Assembly: GCA_002269645.1 (NCBI GenBank)
Contig: NIVC01002553.1
Coordinates: 1 to 64,000, forward strand
Direction of reading: 5' to 3'
From: Macrostomum lignano
Taxonomy: Eukaryota
DNA length: 64,000 bases
Made by a program: the position numbers and the translations under genes. How positions within the stretch are numbered: position 1 is the stretch's first letter; each line of letters starts with the position of its first letter. Shown here in pieces: positions 13,941 through 26,895 of this stretch. A model generated the notes under the pieces. That model ran no database searches and had not been told where the DNA came from. It saw only the letters and a list, made by a program, of their open reading frames with translations.

Positions 13941-14936
13941 AAGGACGAGAAACTACGTTTCTTGTAAAATTTAAGGAGGCAGCAGTTTTACCGAAAATTA
14001 ATACATTACGGAAATATGTGGTTTACAGTTTTTCAGCGCATTTTTAGCAGGCAGGCCCAGTTATGTTCATCTTTTGATATGTCTCGCCTTATAGCTCTAT
14101 TGATATTTATAAAGCCTTTTAAAAAATGATCATTTTATGTTCATTTTATATCCTACGCGCAATCGTACATAGTGATATACAGTGCCTAAAAATAATAAAA
14201 TGGCACAGCTCGACTCATAGGCTTTACGAATCCATTTTATCATTTTAGCTTTATGTGTAACTTGTAACTAATGTAACTAAAACACAAAACACTGCTGTTC
14301 GAGCGATTTCGTCAGCGTCCAGGTCTCGGCATTGTACAACAGTACGGTCTCAATCACCGCCTGGAACTTCTGGCGGTCAGGCAGGGCCTCGGACTGCAGG
14401 ACAGTCCTCACGGAACGGAAGGCAGCCCAGGCAAGTCTACGGCGACGTCGCAGATCCTCGCGAGCGTCCGGCACCAGACCGCCGAGGTAGAAAAACTGCT
14501 GACAGCGTTGAAGCCTCGTCACCTGTCCATCAGCGCCTGGGTAGAAAATCGCAGCCTCGATGTCGTCCGGCACGCAGAGCACGACGGTCTTCTGCGTGTT
14601 GACCACCAGGCCGACACTCGCCGCAACGCTTACCACCCGGCAACTGGCGATGGGTGTCCTCGAAGACTCTCCGGTTGGCGTCGACCCACGCCTCGAACCA
14701 ACGTTGCCGGCCTCGCCGGTTTCGCTCACGCCGACGTACAAACTCGCCGGCGCTCGCTTCGCTGCCCTCGCTTGGTAGAAAGACAATGCATATCAAAATA
14801 TGAAGCTTGGGTCTGCCTCCTATCAAAAGCAATACCAGTTTTTGTACTTAAAAATAAAAACCTCAAATTTCATAATTTCTTTTTTCGGTAAAACCTGTCT
14901 TCTAAAATTTTCCAAGATACTTCTACTTGAGTAGTC
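13927..14936. mobile_element. Degenerate foldback/MITE-like element with ~150-bp inverted arms
   Basis: 13927-13943 GACTACTCAAGTAGAAG is the exact reverse complement of 14920-14936. Similarity continues inward (tcttg.aaaatttta, ttttaccgaaaa, ggcag.ccca, ttcat.ttttgatatg) to ~14085 and ~14787. Part of the left arm recurs at ~35095-35150. Confidence 0.65.
14285..14640 (-). mobile_element. Truncated non-LTR retrotransposon fragment (RTE-like, C-terminal part of RT)
   Basis: The translation SVGLVVNTQKTVV...FFYLGG...RRRLAWAAF...VIETVLLYNAETWTLTKSLEQ matches the GL.IN..KT / F.YLG / LLYG.ETW.LT pattern of RTE-clade RT. No YADD motif is visible. Confidence 0.8.
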
Positions 14937-15334
14937 CTTGAGTCACCCCCGCGTGAGAAGCCTCAATGCGCAACTTCGACCTCCCCTGGTTTGTTTAGCC
15001 ATTTCTCACTTCAGCTCTTCACTGAACAGTGACAAATGACGCTGCTTGACCCTGCTGTGCAAATCTCTCATCGACTCGGCTGTGCCAGTTAATCGTGTTC
15101 GTGAATTTGCAATGCCGAATCAGGGTGATATTTATTAAGTTCAGCTGAGGTATTGATTCAATTTCTAGCTCCTTTTTTCGGTCCACTAACATTTTTTTCG
15201 AAATTGCAGGGAAACTGAAGTCGATTAATTTTATTGGATACCCGCTATAGACCCCCCAAACTAACCACTTGCTGTGTTCATAACTTCCCTCGTAGATTAG
15301 GTAAATCCTACTCTACTCTACTCTCTGATGAGCA

Positions 15335-16347
15335 CAAAGCGTAATCTCTGATTTACACTAGGGTGAGGTGAAGCAGAAAGCCTACTCTCTGATGTACACT
15401 GGGTGAGGTGAAGCAGAAAGCCTACTCTCTGATGTACACTGGGTGAGGTGAAGCAGAAAGCCTACTCTCTGATGTACACTGGGTGAGGTGAAGCACAAAG
15501 CCTTCTCTCTGATGTACACTGGGGGTGAGGTGAAGCACAAAGCAAACTCTCTGATGTACACTGGGGTGAGGTGAAGCAGAAAGCCTACTCTCTGATGTAC
15601 ACTGGGTGAGGTGAAGCAGAAAGCCTACTCTCTGATGTACACTGGGGTGAGGTGAAGCAGAAAGCCTACTCTCTGATGTACACTGGGTGAGGTGAAGCAG
15701 AAAGCCTACTCTCTGATGTACACTGGGTGAGGTGAAGCAGAAAGCCTACTCTCTGATGTACACTGGGTGAGGTGAAGCAGAAAGCCTACTCTCTGATGTA
15801 CACTGGGTGAGGTGGAGCACAAAGCCTACTCTCTGATGTACACTGGGTGAGGTGAAGCAGAAAGCCTACTCTCTGATGTACACCGGGGTGAGTTGAAGCA
15901 CAAAGCCTACTCTCTGATGTACACTGGGTGAGGTGAAGCACAAAGCCTACTCTCTGATGTACACTGGGTGAGGCGAAGCACGAAGCGTATTCTCTGATGT
16001 ACACTAGGGTGAGGTGAAGCACAAAGCCTACTCTCTGATGTACACTGGGTGAGGCGAAGCACGAAGCGTATTCTCTGATGTACACTAGGGTGAGGTGAAG
16101 CACAAAGCCTACTCTCTGATGTACACTGGGTGAGGTGAAGCACAAAGCCTACTCTCTGATGTACACCGGGGTGAGGTGAAGCACAAAGCGTATTCTTTGA
16201 TGTACACCGGGGTGAGGTGGAGCACAAAGCCTACTCTCTGATGTACACCGGGGTGAGGTGAAGCACAAAGCGTACTCTCTGATGTACACCGGGGTGAGGT
16301 AAAGCACAAAGCGTACTCTCTGATGTACACTGGGGTGAGGTGAAGCC
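15335..16347. repeat. 40-42-bp minisatellite, ~25 units (ctctctgatgtacactgggtgaggtgaagcagaaagccta)
   Basis: Contiguous tandem units with no unique spacers. Confidence 0.95.
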
Positions 16348-17782
16348 TGATCAGGTTTTGTGTGCCAGAGCAAATAACAAGTACGAGCGCCCGTAAATGA
16401 TGTTTTGAAGTTGAAATTCGTATTGAATTAAATGATGAGCCGTCTGAGGATTAGTCAAAAATAAAAATAAAAGTCCGCGCTTATTTGAAAAACTATCGCC
16501 CTTGAAAACCAATGTCCCGTTCCGGCAAAACATGGCGCGCCATACAGCATTTCTGTCCAGAAGCTAGCGAAGCGTTCTAGCAATTTTCGCTAGCTTTTTT
16601 GTTGGGTCTTCTCGGAATTCGCTCTCGAAATTTTAGCTTTTTCTCCAACCCCACCTCCGCCGCTCAGGTTTGCATGGCCTGCTATTGCTTTTGTTGTCAC
16701 TGGGGAGAAAAGCAGGTTGCTAGTCTGTCCGCATCCCTTTCCCTGTTCTATTTGCTCTTGGACCGTCCTGCCCTGGCACCCCCCCCCACTCACCAAATCG
16801 CCTGCCTCTCCCTCAGTCACGTTCTGAAAGCAAGGAGCACGGACTGGGCGAGCTAGCTGTGTCCGCATCCAACTCCCCACCCTGACTCTCTCGCCTATAT
16901 CCCAACTAGCTCTTTCGGCCCCATCCATTCAGACTGTTTCATTTTGTCTCTCGCCCCGTCCTTCCGTTTCCCAGCTCTTTTCTGACGCGCCACAATTGCG
17001 CGCGCCGTCGAATCGGAAGGGGAAGCAGTCAGACTGGGAGAGAAGGGTGGAGGGAAGTCCAAAATTGCCTATCTGTGTTTGGTAGTCGCAGGCTCGATTC
17101 AAACAAACAGCCACCGCGCCAGCAGCTGGCACCCCGGCTCAGTTGGATAGCTGCGACTCGGTCTCATTTCAGCTGGCTGTCCGTCAAAAATATAAATCCC
17201 AGTGGCTGTGGTCCGGCCGGGATTGGTTTGGACTTGGATTTGATTAAACCGACTCTCTGCTAGCTATGCAGACTCACACGCTTCGTTGAGCGAGAGATGG
17301 CGCGGTTAAGGGGAACAACAAGAGAATAAAAAAATTATTGGAAAAACCTCTTCATCATGGATTTCAATGCGTTTGATTGAACGCAAATTTAGTGTTATAG
17401 TCAATTTTAATGATTTTTTAAATCAGATTTCAAGCCAGAACTAGAGTTCTGCACCCCTCCGGCTGTACCCGTACCGGCAGAATTGCCTCAACCCCCTTTG
17501 CTGTACCTCTGGTACTATCCATTGTGAAAGCTTCTGTACCGGAATTTTTAGTACAGGTTCGTCATTCTCCCCTTTCTCTATCTTCCCCTCTCGTACTCAG
17601 TTTTTATACTGGTATGGACGTTTTTAAAGCTGAAAATTGAATGCAAGCCTGGACTCTCTACTCAGGTGTCTCCAGCTGGGGTGAATAAATGTCGATAAAG
17701 TAACACTGACAATGAGGCAGTGCCTTTGTTTGGCGCAATATAATTAATAATTATTATTGTTGGTTACACCTGAACTAATCTG

Positions 17783-17950
17783 CAGATGTGCAACCGACAG
17801 CTCAGCCGCAGCTATATTGCGCGGCGCATCTGAAAGCTGCGTACGGCTGTTCAGTCTATAAGGACTGGGGGGTCGCCACACACACACCTTCAATTGCCCC
17901 AGCTAATGCTGGCACCCATTTTAAATCTGGGTGAACTGAAGCAATAATAA
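17783..17950 (+). repeat. Interspersed repeat (SINE/LINE-tail-like), copy 1
   Basis: About 100 bp (cagatgtgcaaccgacagctcagccgcagc...aaggactggggg) is roughly 90% identical by eye to the reverse complement of 33458-33556. Confidence 0.7.
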
Positions 17951-19028
17951 GTAGCCGATGCACAATTAAATGTTATTGATTCGCGAATGAGTTTTTAAAA
18001 CATTTATTGATGTAACATACGGACACGCAGCTATATAGCGGACAGGGGTTACAGGGTCAATTATTCAATTATTTCTATTATCAGTTTGGGGACTGAACAA
18101 CGTTGATTAAAATCGAGATAGAAATTAGATGGGACAAAAGAGTGGCAAGAAAAATTTGCTTCAAAAATCTACAAAAATTGCGTTGCTAATGCATCAAACT
18201 CTGGTGGTGTGCTCGACCGTGAGCAGGAGTCACAACATTACGAGACTGACAATCAATCAATAGGAGCATAATGCAACAACAAAGCAAATAAAATAACAAT
18301 TTCCTGCAAAAGCTGACTACTTCTATCACGCAATTGGGTTATTGTACTTGTATACAGGTATCTATATTAATCTAGTCATTAATTTGAAGCAATAATTTAT
18401 TTGTCTAATTGAGAAGTCCCTTCTGCTTCTGCACTTCTTTATTGCACACCACAAAAGCTATTGTTTTCCCCAACACAATTGCCTCCTGTCTGATAGCAGG
18501 CCCTGCATGCGATAGGATGCTGTCACAGTTGTAAATAACAAAGAGCGGCAGAAAACGGCATTAAAACCCATGCAGCCTAACAACTATAGGTACTTCAGTA
18601 TAAGCGGGGACTGTGGGTGCAGTAGTCCCCCCTTAATTGTCAGAATCCACGGATAGCCGCGGGTTCGTACACAGGGGATTATACTGCTGTATTTCTTGTG
18701 CTGTCAGGTATGCCTGTACACTTTTACTATTTTAATAGGTTTCAAATCAGCCCCAAGCTGAGGACTCAATGAGAGTCACTAACTTTTTTGTGAATACACA
18801 GTTGGAGACGAGCCCGGGTCTTTGTAGGGATCCAAGATATAGTAAAAATATATCTAAATTTTGCTAAAAAAGCGCCAACAACATTTTATGAGCGCAACAA
18901 TAGTTCCAAGGATAATCCAACATTTACAGCTCTAACGAATTACAGGAGTCATATAAGCTTGCGGCGCGTTTTACATGGGCTCAGAAGACAGACGTTGCCG
19001 AAGGTTTCTCAGCCATTCGGGAACATTT

Positions 19029-20363
19029 TCAGCTCTCATCATTTTGCGATCGACGATCTCCGCTCACAATCAGTGCCTGGGTCACCTCGCTGCAAGGCTG
19101 CACCGCCTCCACGGGCGCGGCCCCTGCTTCGGGCTTTGTTGTCACTGACGCCTGTCGGCCGCTTGGGGCCGCGAGCTCGAGTTTCTCACCCCCATTCTTC
19201 ATTACCGCCGCTCCCGTCACGGATTTGCGACCACCAGCGCCTCCGCCATGACTGCCGCCTCTGCAGTAGCGCAGAACTCGCGACCGGAAGACAGTCGACG
19301 AGATGAAATACGCGACAAAGTTGGTGGCGTTGTTAGCAAACATCAGCGTCTTCAATGCGTTCAGAGTCACGCGGCGCATTGCAGCGTCGTCTGGAAACTT
19401 GTAACCGTAGACATTTAACACCTGAGTGATGGAAGCCGGCAGTGTGGTGATGATGTGGATGACGGTAAGAACTGCCAATATCTTCATCACGCTCTCCGGC
19501 TTGCGACGACCTCCGCCGCCTCCGTCTTGTTTATTCCGATTATTGCTCGTCTTCTTGCTCTTGTGCTGCTTCACGGCGGCGGCTTGTCGCCGAATGGCGG
19601 CGTAGATGTAGATATTGCAAAACAGGAGGATGGTGTAGGGAATGAACAGATAGGTGACCAAGTCCAGTTTAGCAAACCACTGGCCAAACGCTTTGTCGTA
19701 GCTGCATCGATGCGGCAGCACCGTATAGTCGGTGTCATCAAGATCGTTGACCAGCTGCTCCCAGCTGACTTGATTATTGACCCTGGTGAGGTTCTTCGCC
19801 GGACTGCTCAATAGCCGAACGCATTCAACGACATGGCGATAGAACACAATGGGCGCATTCTTGGCCACCATAATCGCAACTAGGGAGCCGTAGGCTATTC
19901 CCAGATTGCGACCCGTCAGCAGCTGTTGCACCCGGTAGGGGAAAGCGACAGCGATGAAGCGCTCTACTCCGATGCCGCAGAGCGTGTACACTGCCACGTC
20001 GCTGACGGTGGCTACGACCGCCTGGTGCCAGAAGCACACCACCGGGTGCAGGTCGCGGATGTCGACTTGCAGTGTCTCCGTCAGCCAGTAGCGCACAACA
20101 GCCAGTAGCAAAACGGCGCAATCAGTGAGCGCCAGGCTGACCATCAGGAAGCGAGTGGTGCCACGATTAGACCGCTCGGTGCCCTGAATGTAAGCCGTGG
20201 CCAAGTTGCCGGCAGCGCCGCCGACAATAATGATGGCGCCAAATACTCGGATGCACCATTCGGCGGCGACCAGTCTGGTGCTTTTGTCGCCGGAGTGCCC
20301 TGCGCTGGGGCAGACGTTCACGTAGCCGCTTGAGTTGTTTACGGCGAAGTTGGCGATCGACAT
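19029..20363 (-). CDS. Orphan class A (rhodopsin-like) GPCR, single exon, 444 aa
   Basis: Seven hydrophobic segments. Motifs: GN in TM1, LALTD in TM2, Cys at the top of TM3, ERFIAVAFP after TM3, Pro in TM5 and TM6, NFVAY in TM7 followed by SSTVFR. N-terminal NNS sequon. Confidence 0.9.
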   Translation of the reverse strand: MSIANFAVNNSSGYVNVCPSAGHSGDKSTRLVAAEWCIRVFGAIIIVGGAAGNLATAYIQGTERSNRGTTRFLMVSLALTDCAVLLLAVVRYWLTETLQVDIRDLHPVVCFWHQAVVATVSDVAVYTLCGIGVERFIAVAFPYRVQQLLTGRNLGIAYGSLVAIMVAKNAPIVFYRHVVECVRLLSSPAKNLTRVNNQVSWEQLVNDLDDTDYTVLPHRCSYDKAFGQWFAKLDLVTYLFIPYTILLFCNIYIYAAIRRQAAAVKQHKSKKTSNNRNKQDGGGGGRRKPESVMKILAVLTVIHIITTLPASITQVLNVYGYKFPDDAAMRRVTLNALKTLMFANNATNFVAYFISSTVFRSRVLRYCRGGSHGGGAGGRKSVTGAAVMKNGGEKLELAAPSGRQASVTTKPEAGAAPVEAVQPCSEVTQALIVSGDRRSQNDES

Positions 20364-21027
20364 CCAGCCGTTGTTCCTCTGTCTGACGACAATGAAAGAG
20401 CCGCGTAAGCGTGTTGAATCGGGAGGCGATGGCTACACGCGCGAACGCAAGCCTTCTTGACTTTGTCGCGGCCTTTATTTGCCTGCTGTAGGGCCAATGG
20501 AATCGGTTGAGCTGGGGTGGGCTAACGAGGAAGGAACGAGGAAGGCCACTGGGCGCCAATCTCTTTCAAGCATTGTTGAGTTTCACATGCCCATTATACG
20601 AGCTCGTATCTGCCTATCGGTCCATTTTTGTCCAAGAGAACCGATTGTCTATTATGGCTGCTCTACGTGCTCTGCATCCATTGTGCATATCTCACTGTCA
20701 GATTTTCTCAGCCATGCTATCTACTTTTCAATCTAGCATATATAGAACTTCCTAGTCTTGCAGATACGAGTATTTTAAACGGTTAAATCAATGGAAAAGG
20801 CGATATAGAGCCTATGCTCGTATCAAAGCAGCTCTCGCGTCAGCCCTTATCCTATGCAAACACGAATCTATAATTTTCATCGATTTCGCATCTTTCGCTT
20901 CGCTTCAAATCCGCTTTTCAAAGCTGGACTCTGGGCCTCGCTTGCTCAATTATTCTTTTTTAGTCTGCGCCTGTTCATGGATCAGGGGAACGGCCTAGCT
21001 GTTTGAATCCGCGCTTGCTGTGAGTCC

Positions 21028-21462
<435 letters not shown>

Positions 21463-22369
21463 CAGAAATGCGAGAGATTATTGTACAGCCGCTGCATTTC
21501 TAGACAATTTCTTGCCTCAAGTTATCCGTCACGATCGGGATTAGAAGAATATGAAGCAGGGTTAAGCGCCTTCTCACTAGTATTATTTATTCTCTGAAAT
21601 CCCCCCAACCCAGTGCCTCCTACAGTCTGAGGAGGCAGTTTCAGTGAAGCGGAACCTCAGCCCTTCAGCTAATTACATTGGAAGTTAAGCAATTTAGCGA
21701 GATATGAGATGATAATTCCGCCGCCATAGTTTTCAATCAGCCCTCAATCATCTCGTCCGCAGTCTCGTAACTTCCTCTTTGCTATTATTATGCCTCAACT
21801 TTGCAATTGACGCTGACTGACTGTAATTTCCGCGGTTGGGAAAATCCTTCCAAGAAATATGCGGCAGCCATTGTAGTTGAGTAGTGCGAAATGGCACAGG
21901 CGACAGCGGTAAGGCCTCACGCACACGAGAGGAAACAATAAACTGCTCTAAGGGAGCCGGTTATGGCTTCGGTGTAGTCAGCCTTTTTCTGGTCATTTTC
22001 TTCTCACTCTGCGGTGATCCGCGTGCGTGCAAAGTATTTTTTCCGATAAAAATAACAATTAGCACTTCAATCAAGTTGCCACCTGATCAACCGACCGCTA
22101 CTTTGTGCTGCTTTGATATTCTAAGGCTTCAGTGTAAACAACAGATGCCATGCAGCTTTCTTTTTGCTGCAAACTTTGTGAATTCAGGGAAACTCTCACG
22201 CTAGTAAGACCCGATTAGCAAACGACAAAGAGGAAGGGCGAAGGTTGGAAAAATCAAAGGTAGAGAGGCACATAAATACAGAGGAAAAGTTAATAAAATG
22301 GACAGGCAACAAGGGAAAGGGCGGGAGTGCATGAGAGGTAGACAGTGTGTGTGGGAGCTTGGAGGAATT

Positions 22370-23080
22370 TGGAGAGGGAGAGAGTGGGAGAGGTGAGAAT
22401 GAGAGAGGGCAGAGTTGGAGAGGGAGAGTGGGAGAGGTGAGAATGAGAGAGGGCAGAGTTGGAGAGGGAGAGTGGGAGAGGTGAGAATGAGAGAGGGCAG
22501 AGTTGGAGAGGGAGAGAGTCGGAGAGATGAGAATGAGAGAGGGCAGAGTTGGAGAGCGAGAGTGGGAGAGGTGAGAATGAGAGAGGGCAGAGTTGGAGAG
22601 GGAGAGTGGGAGAGGTGAGAATGAGAGAGGGCAGAGTTGTAGGGAGAGTGGGAGAGGTGAGAATGAGAGAGGGCAGAGTTGGAGAGCGAGAGTGGGAGAG
22701 ATGAGAATGAGAGAGGGCAGAGTTGGAGAGGGAGAGTGGGAGAGGGGAGAATGAGAGAGGACAGAGTTGGAGAGGGAGAGTGGGAGAGGTGAGAATGAGA
22801 GAGGGCAGAGTTGGAGAGGGAGAGTGGGAGAGTGGGAGACGTGAGAGTGAGAGAGGGAGAGTTCCAGAGGGAGAAGTGGGATTGGAAAGAGAGAGAGGGA
22901 GAGCGCAGAGAGATTGGGAGAGTGGGATAGGAAAAAGTGGGAGAGGGAGAGTGGAGAGGCAGACAGACATTGTTTGGACCTTAGAAACGCTTTCTGTAAA
23001 CAGAGTGGGAGAGGGAGAGTAGAGAGGGAGTGGAGAGGGAAAGTGGGACAGTGGGAGAGGGAGAGTGGAGACTAGGAGAT
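22370..23080. repeat. Purine-rich ~44-bp minisatellite and flanking GA-rich low-complexity DNA
   Basis: Unit gggagagtgggagaggtgagaatgagagagggcagagttggaga repeated ~10 times, decaying distally. Confidence 0.9.
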
Positions 23081-23769
23081 GTGGAGGGAAACAAAGCAGG
23101 AGAGTGTGGGACGCAGCAGTTGCGAAGGCATCAGCTCCAGTTAGGCGGCATTATCCAGTAGGACAGTCGAACTTTATTGGCGGCAATAAAGATTGGTAAA
23201 AAAAGGCCGAGACAGCCGACGGAATTCCACTGAGCCGGCCGCTATCTCCTAATCCCCAGGCGGAACGCGCGGCAGGCGGAAGTCCAATATGTTTTTGCAA
23301 ATGAGAATTGCAGGGACAGGACTCCCAGCTGAAGGGGTGGTGGGGGAGGTCTGTAGTGCCCAGACAAGGGTAAGAATCGCAGTCAAAGTTCATAGCTCCC
23401 TTCTACTTTTATCTCATCCTCTTATATCGTAGTATATCTGAGGCGTGCTTCAGTTAAACCGGATTTTATAGTCATTCTGTTTCTGTGCAGGAAATGCCGA
23501 TAAGCCTATAATTAGTTTATCGAATGAGATTTGGTGCAAGTACCGTCCTATTGCAGACCCTCAACCTCATCTCTCTCCAATTTCTATCAAGCATTGTAGA
23601 GTTGATCCGCACGAATAAGTTTATCAGGCCGGAATGCCAGTCTATGAGTGTCTTCATTGCGTCGAAATTGAGTACCATGTCATCCCGCCTGTACTGGGGC
23701 AGTGGACAGTGTGTTCTGATTAATCGATCCGCTTTGTTGAAGCCAGGATACACCGGTAGCGGAGTATTT

Positions 23770-24128
23770 CAGGGTAGATGGTGTTAGGGATAGCATGGGA
23801 TGTCAGGGTAGATGGTGCTGTGGATAGCATGGAATGTCAGGGTAGATGGTGCTATGGATAGCATGGGATGTCAGGGTAGATGGTGCTGTGGATAGCATGG
23901 GATGTCAGGGTAGATGGTGCTGTGGATAGCATGGGATGTCAGGGTAGATGGTGCTATGGATAGCATGGGATGTCAGGGTAGATGGTGGTGCTGGAGTTAG
24001 CATGGGGTGTCAGGGTAGATGGTGGTGCTAGGGTTAGCATGGGATGTCAGGGTAGATGATGGTGCTGTGGATAGCATGGGATGTCGGGGTAGATGATGGT
24101 GCTGTGGATAGCATGGAATGTCAGGTAG
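23770..24128. repeat. 34-bp minisatellite (gggtagatggtgctgtggatagcatgggatgtca), ~10 units
   Basis: Read directly. Confidence 0.92.
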
Positions 24129-25560
24129 CATTATGGAGCAATAATTAGAGGAATTTTATGGGTAAATGGAAAAACAGATGTGGCAAGGGAATTTAGGGAG
24201 AAACCCCAAGGTAGTCTTGAGGCTGGCATGTGGAGTTCTCTATTCAGATCTTTCGTAGAGCTTAGCAAAAGGTGGAGAGAGTTGAAGATTTCCCCTGAGA
24301 AGGATATCTGGTTGCAATCAGTGCTCAAGTTTGCACAGATCAAGCAGAGCATTTTAGGACTTGACAAACACCTAATTAGTTGGATTTTGTTAGAGATTCA
24401 CCTGCCTACGCAGAAGGCTAATTGAACTCGTCTCCGTGTATTCCTTTGTCAAATAAAACAGGGAGTGTACGAGTGCTGGTGTTTAGCGCGGGTCGGAACT
24501 ACGAGCTAAAAACTCAGAGGGTCACAGGAGGCAGTGAGCAGTAAATCAACTTATACCGAATCCGTATTTTAATTGCCATCTATGATGGGGCAACTTTAGT
24601 AGAGGTTTCGTGTCTCATAAATCTCATAAATTTAATAAACTGAAATTCTGAATTCTATTAATTTGAGAAAGATGGAGCAATTCTCTGGTGGAATTACTCT
24701 GCTGCCAATTGAGATTCAGCTTGACTCCTAAAAGGAATTGTCAGGGAACCTAAGATCCTATTGATAGAAGGCGTCCTGAGTATGATCCGTGACGTACAAC
24801 TGTCAACAGCTGGATAATCTGCTGTTGTGGAGACTCAACCTGATGATTCAGGGTTCTGCGTGCTGGACGACATCGAAGCTGCTATTTTGTGCCAAGGAGG
24901 TGCGCTATATTAGCAGTTCGTCTAGGAGGATGGATCTGTATGCAGCATTGCCGTGGGCTTCTCAGTAGCCCAAGGCCCTACCTGACCGCTAGAGGGTGGC
25001 GTTGTTCCAGGCTTAGAGAGACTATTATAGACTATTTAGACTATTTAGACTATTTAGAGAGACTAGACTGTTATTTCGTTGACCGCCTACCCGGGTTGAC
25101 GGCACAGCCTACGTTTGCGCCCAGGCACTGAGGCGAGCCCTGTGTGACGCTGATGCTCTGTGGACTAACCTGACAGCGTACTTTGTTGATGCTCTAATAG
25201 AAATTGGCGGTTAACCTTACTGGAAATCTGCTTGGAAGGAAGGAAGATAGGAACCTGGATTAACGTACCAACTTCGACCTCTTTCTGTACTGCAGTGCAA
25301 TATATTCTCGTTCTCATTCTACTCGTACTTCATAGCTTAGTAAAATTACTTTTAAATTTAATCCCCGCTTTGGCCCGGCCAGCTGCCTATCTCCTCCGTG
25401 TATTTTCATTTCTTGGACTCCAAGAAATAATTGTCTATGGCTAAAAAACATTCTTTCAAATGAGTTGAGACTCCCATCAGGCGTTTCTTGGAGGCCAAGA
25501 AATAATTGTCTATGGTAGTCTCATTTCCTCCCGCTGGCTGCGGCAATTAAATATTACAAC

Positions 25561-25687
25561 CCCCACTTGATTTGGTTGTCTATGGCCTAGAACGACTTCG
25601 GACTGCGCTTCTCGGCCTCGGCTTCGCCTCGGCCTAGAAACCCAGTCCTCAGCCGTTCCTAGGCCAAAGAAACAAAATCAAGTGGGG
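25561..25687. mobile_element. Small palindromic MITE-like hairpin
   Basis: Arms 25561-25594 and 25654-25687 are imperfect reverse complements (ccccacttgattt...ggcctag.aacg), with an internal ctcggcttcgcctcgg motif. Confidence 0.65.
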
Positions 25688-26699
25688 ATTCTCTTATACT
25701 TCATTTAGCCGAAGTGCTCGCACCTGAATCATTTAAAGCGGCGCAGTTAGCCGTTCATTAGCTGGAGCAGTTGCCCTTGCTGAACTCTCACTAGCTACCT
25801 GACAGGCTGTTTTTGCGTTGACAAACCTTCATTCAGGATATTGGATGGTGAAGTTTGTTTTTCTGGTCTTAAAAAAAATTCCGAGTCGAATGATTAGTGC
25901 TTTCGATTAATTAAAATATAATTAAAGTCAATTTTGCTTCTCCAAATTGCGCGCTGCACTGAACTGCCCCCCTCAACTAGACTTTCAAACGTGACTTTGA
26001 ACAAGATTTTTTCTATCAAATTCATTCCTCATTTGACCGTCGATGTTCGACCGCCTAGACCATGGTTAGAAAAGCCGATTCGCTTCCTTAACTTATATTC
26101 CTCGTCTTCTTCTTCAGAGAAAGAAGCGCCGGCTGTCTGGTTGCAGACGACAGCGAGTGGATCAGGCGTACAGCAACGGCCTGCGCCGCCCAGACATCCA
26201 TTTTGTCAATTTTTTCTTAAGAAAAAACACGTCGTACTCCTGCCTAGGGGAAGGCAGGGAGGGCAAATCCACTTTGTCAGCCGTGTCAGTTTGACAAAGG
26301 GGGCAAAGCAAAACACAACGAACGGCGGACGAGCGCCGGGTTTGGGCTGAAGCCGTCCGCTGGTGGCTTCTTTGGGCTTGGGCCGGTCATTGATTGATTG
26401 CATCGGGCAAGAATGCAGAACATTTTTTTCTCTACAGAGCGACTGCTCCGTTCAAGTACGCAAAATACGATTGATTGTTTGCACTGGGGCCAAGAAATAT
26501 GGGCTTTTATTCCTAAATATTCCGAGGTCATTCCATTGTTTTCCATAAAATACTTGTTAAATTGAAGGCTAGATACACTTTTTTAAATTGGCTATGGCTA
26601 GTGGTTCAGTTTCAATGAACTTCAAAGTATCTCGGTCCTTTTGATTGTCTACTCTACAGTTGTCATAGAGCCTTTCAAACAATTTCAATGGCCACTGTC

Positions 26700-26895
26700 A
26701 ACCACTGTCTACGATCATCTTGCACTCCTTCAACCACTGTCAACAACCATCATGCAACCCTTCAACCACTGTCTACAACCATCATGCAACCCTTCAACCA
26801 CTGTCTACAACAATCATGCAACCCTTCAACCACTGTCTACAACCATCATGCAACCCTTCAACCACTGTCTACAACCATCATGGAACCCCTCAACC
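26700..26895. repeat. 32-bp minisatellite (ccttcaaccactgtctacaaccatcatgcaac), ~6 units
   Basis: Read directly. It explains the three overlapping repetitive ORFs here. Confidence 0.9.

Noticed and set aside
12512-16347. CRISPR-like appearance of the 13-bp and 40-bp arrays (also 60560-63200)
   Set aside because: The units are contiguous with no unique spacers, there are no cas genes, and the context is eukaryotic.
23150-25450. Possible decayed retroelement ORFs
   Set aside because: I could identify no RT, integrase or protease motif.
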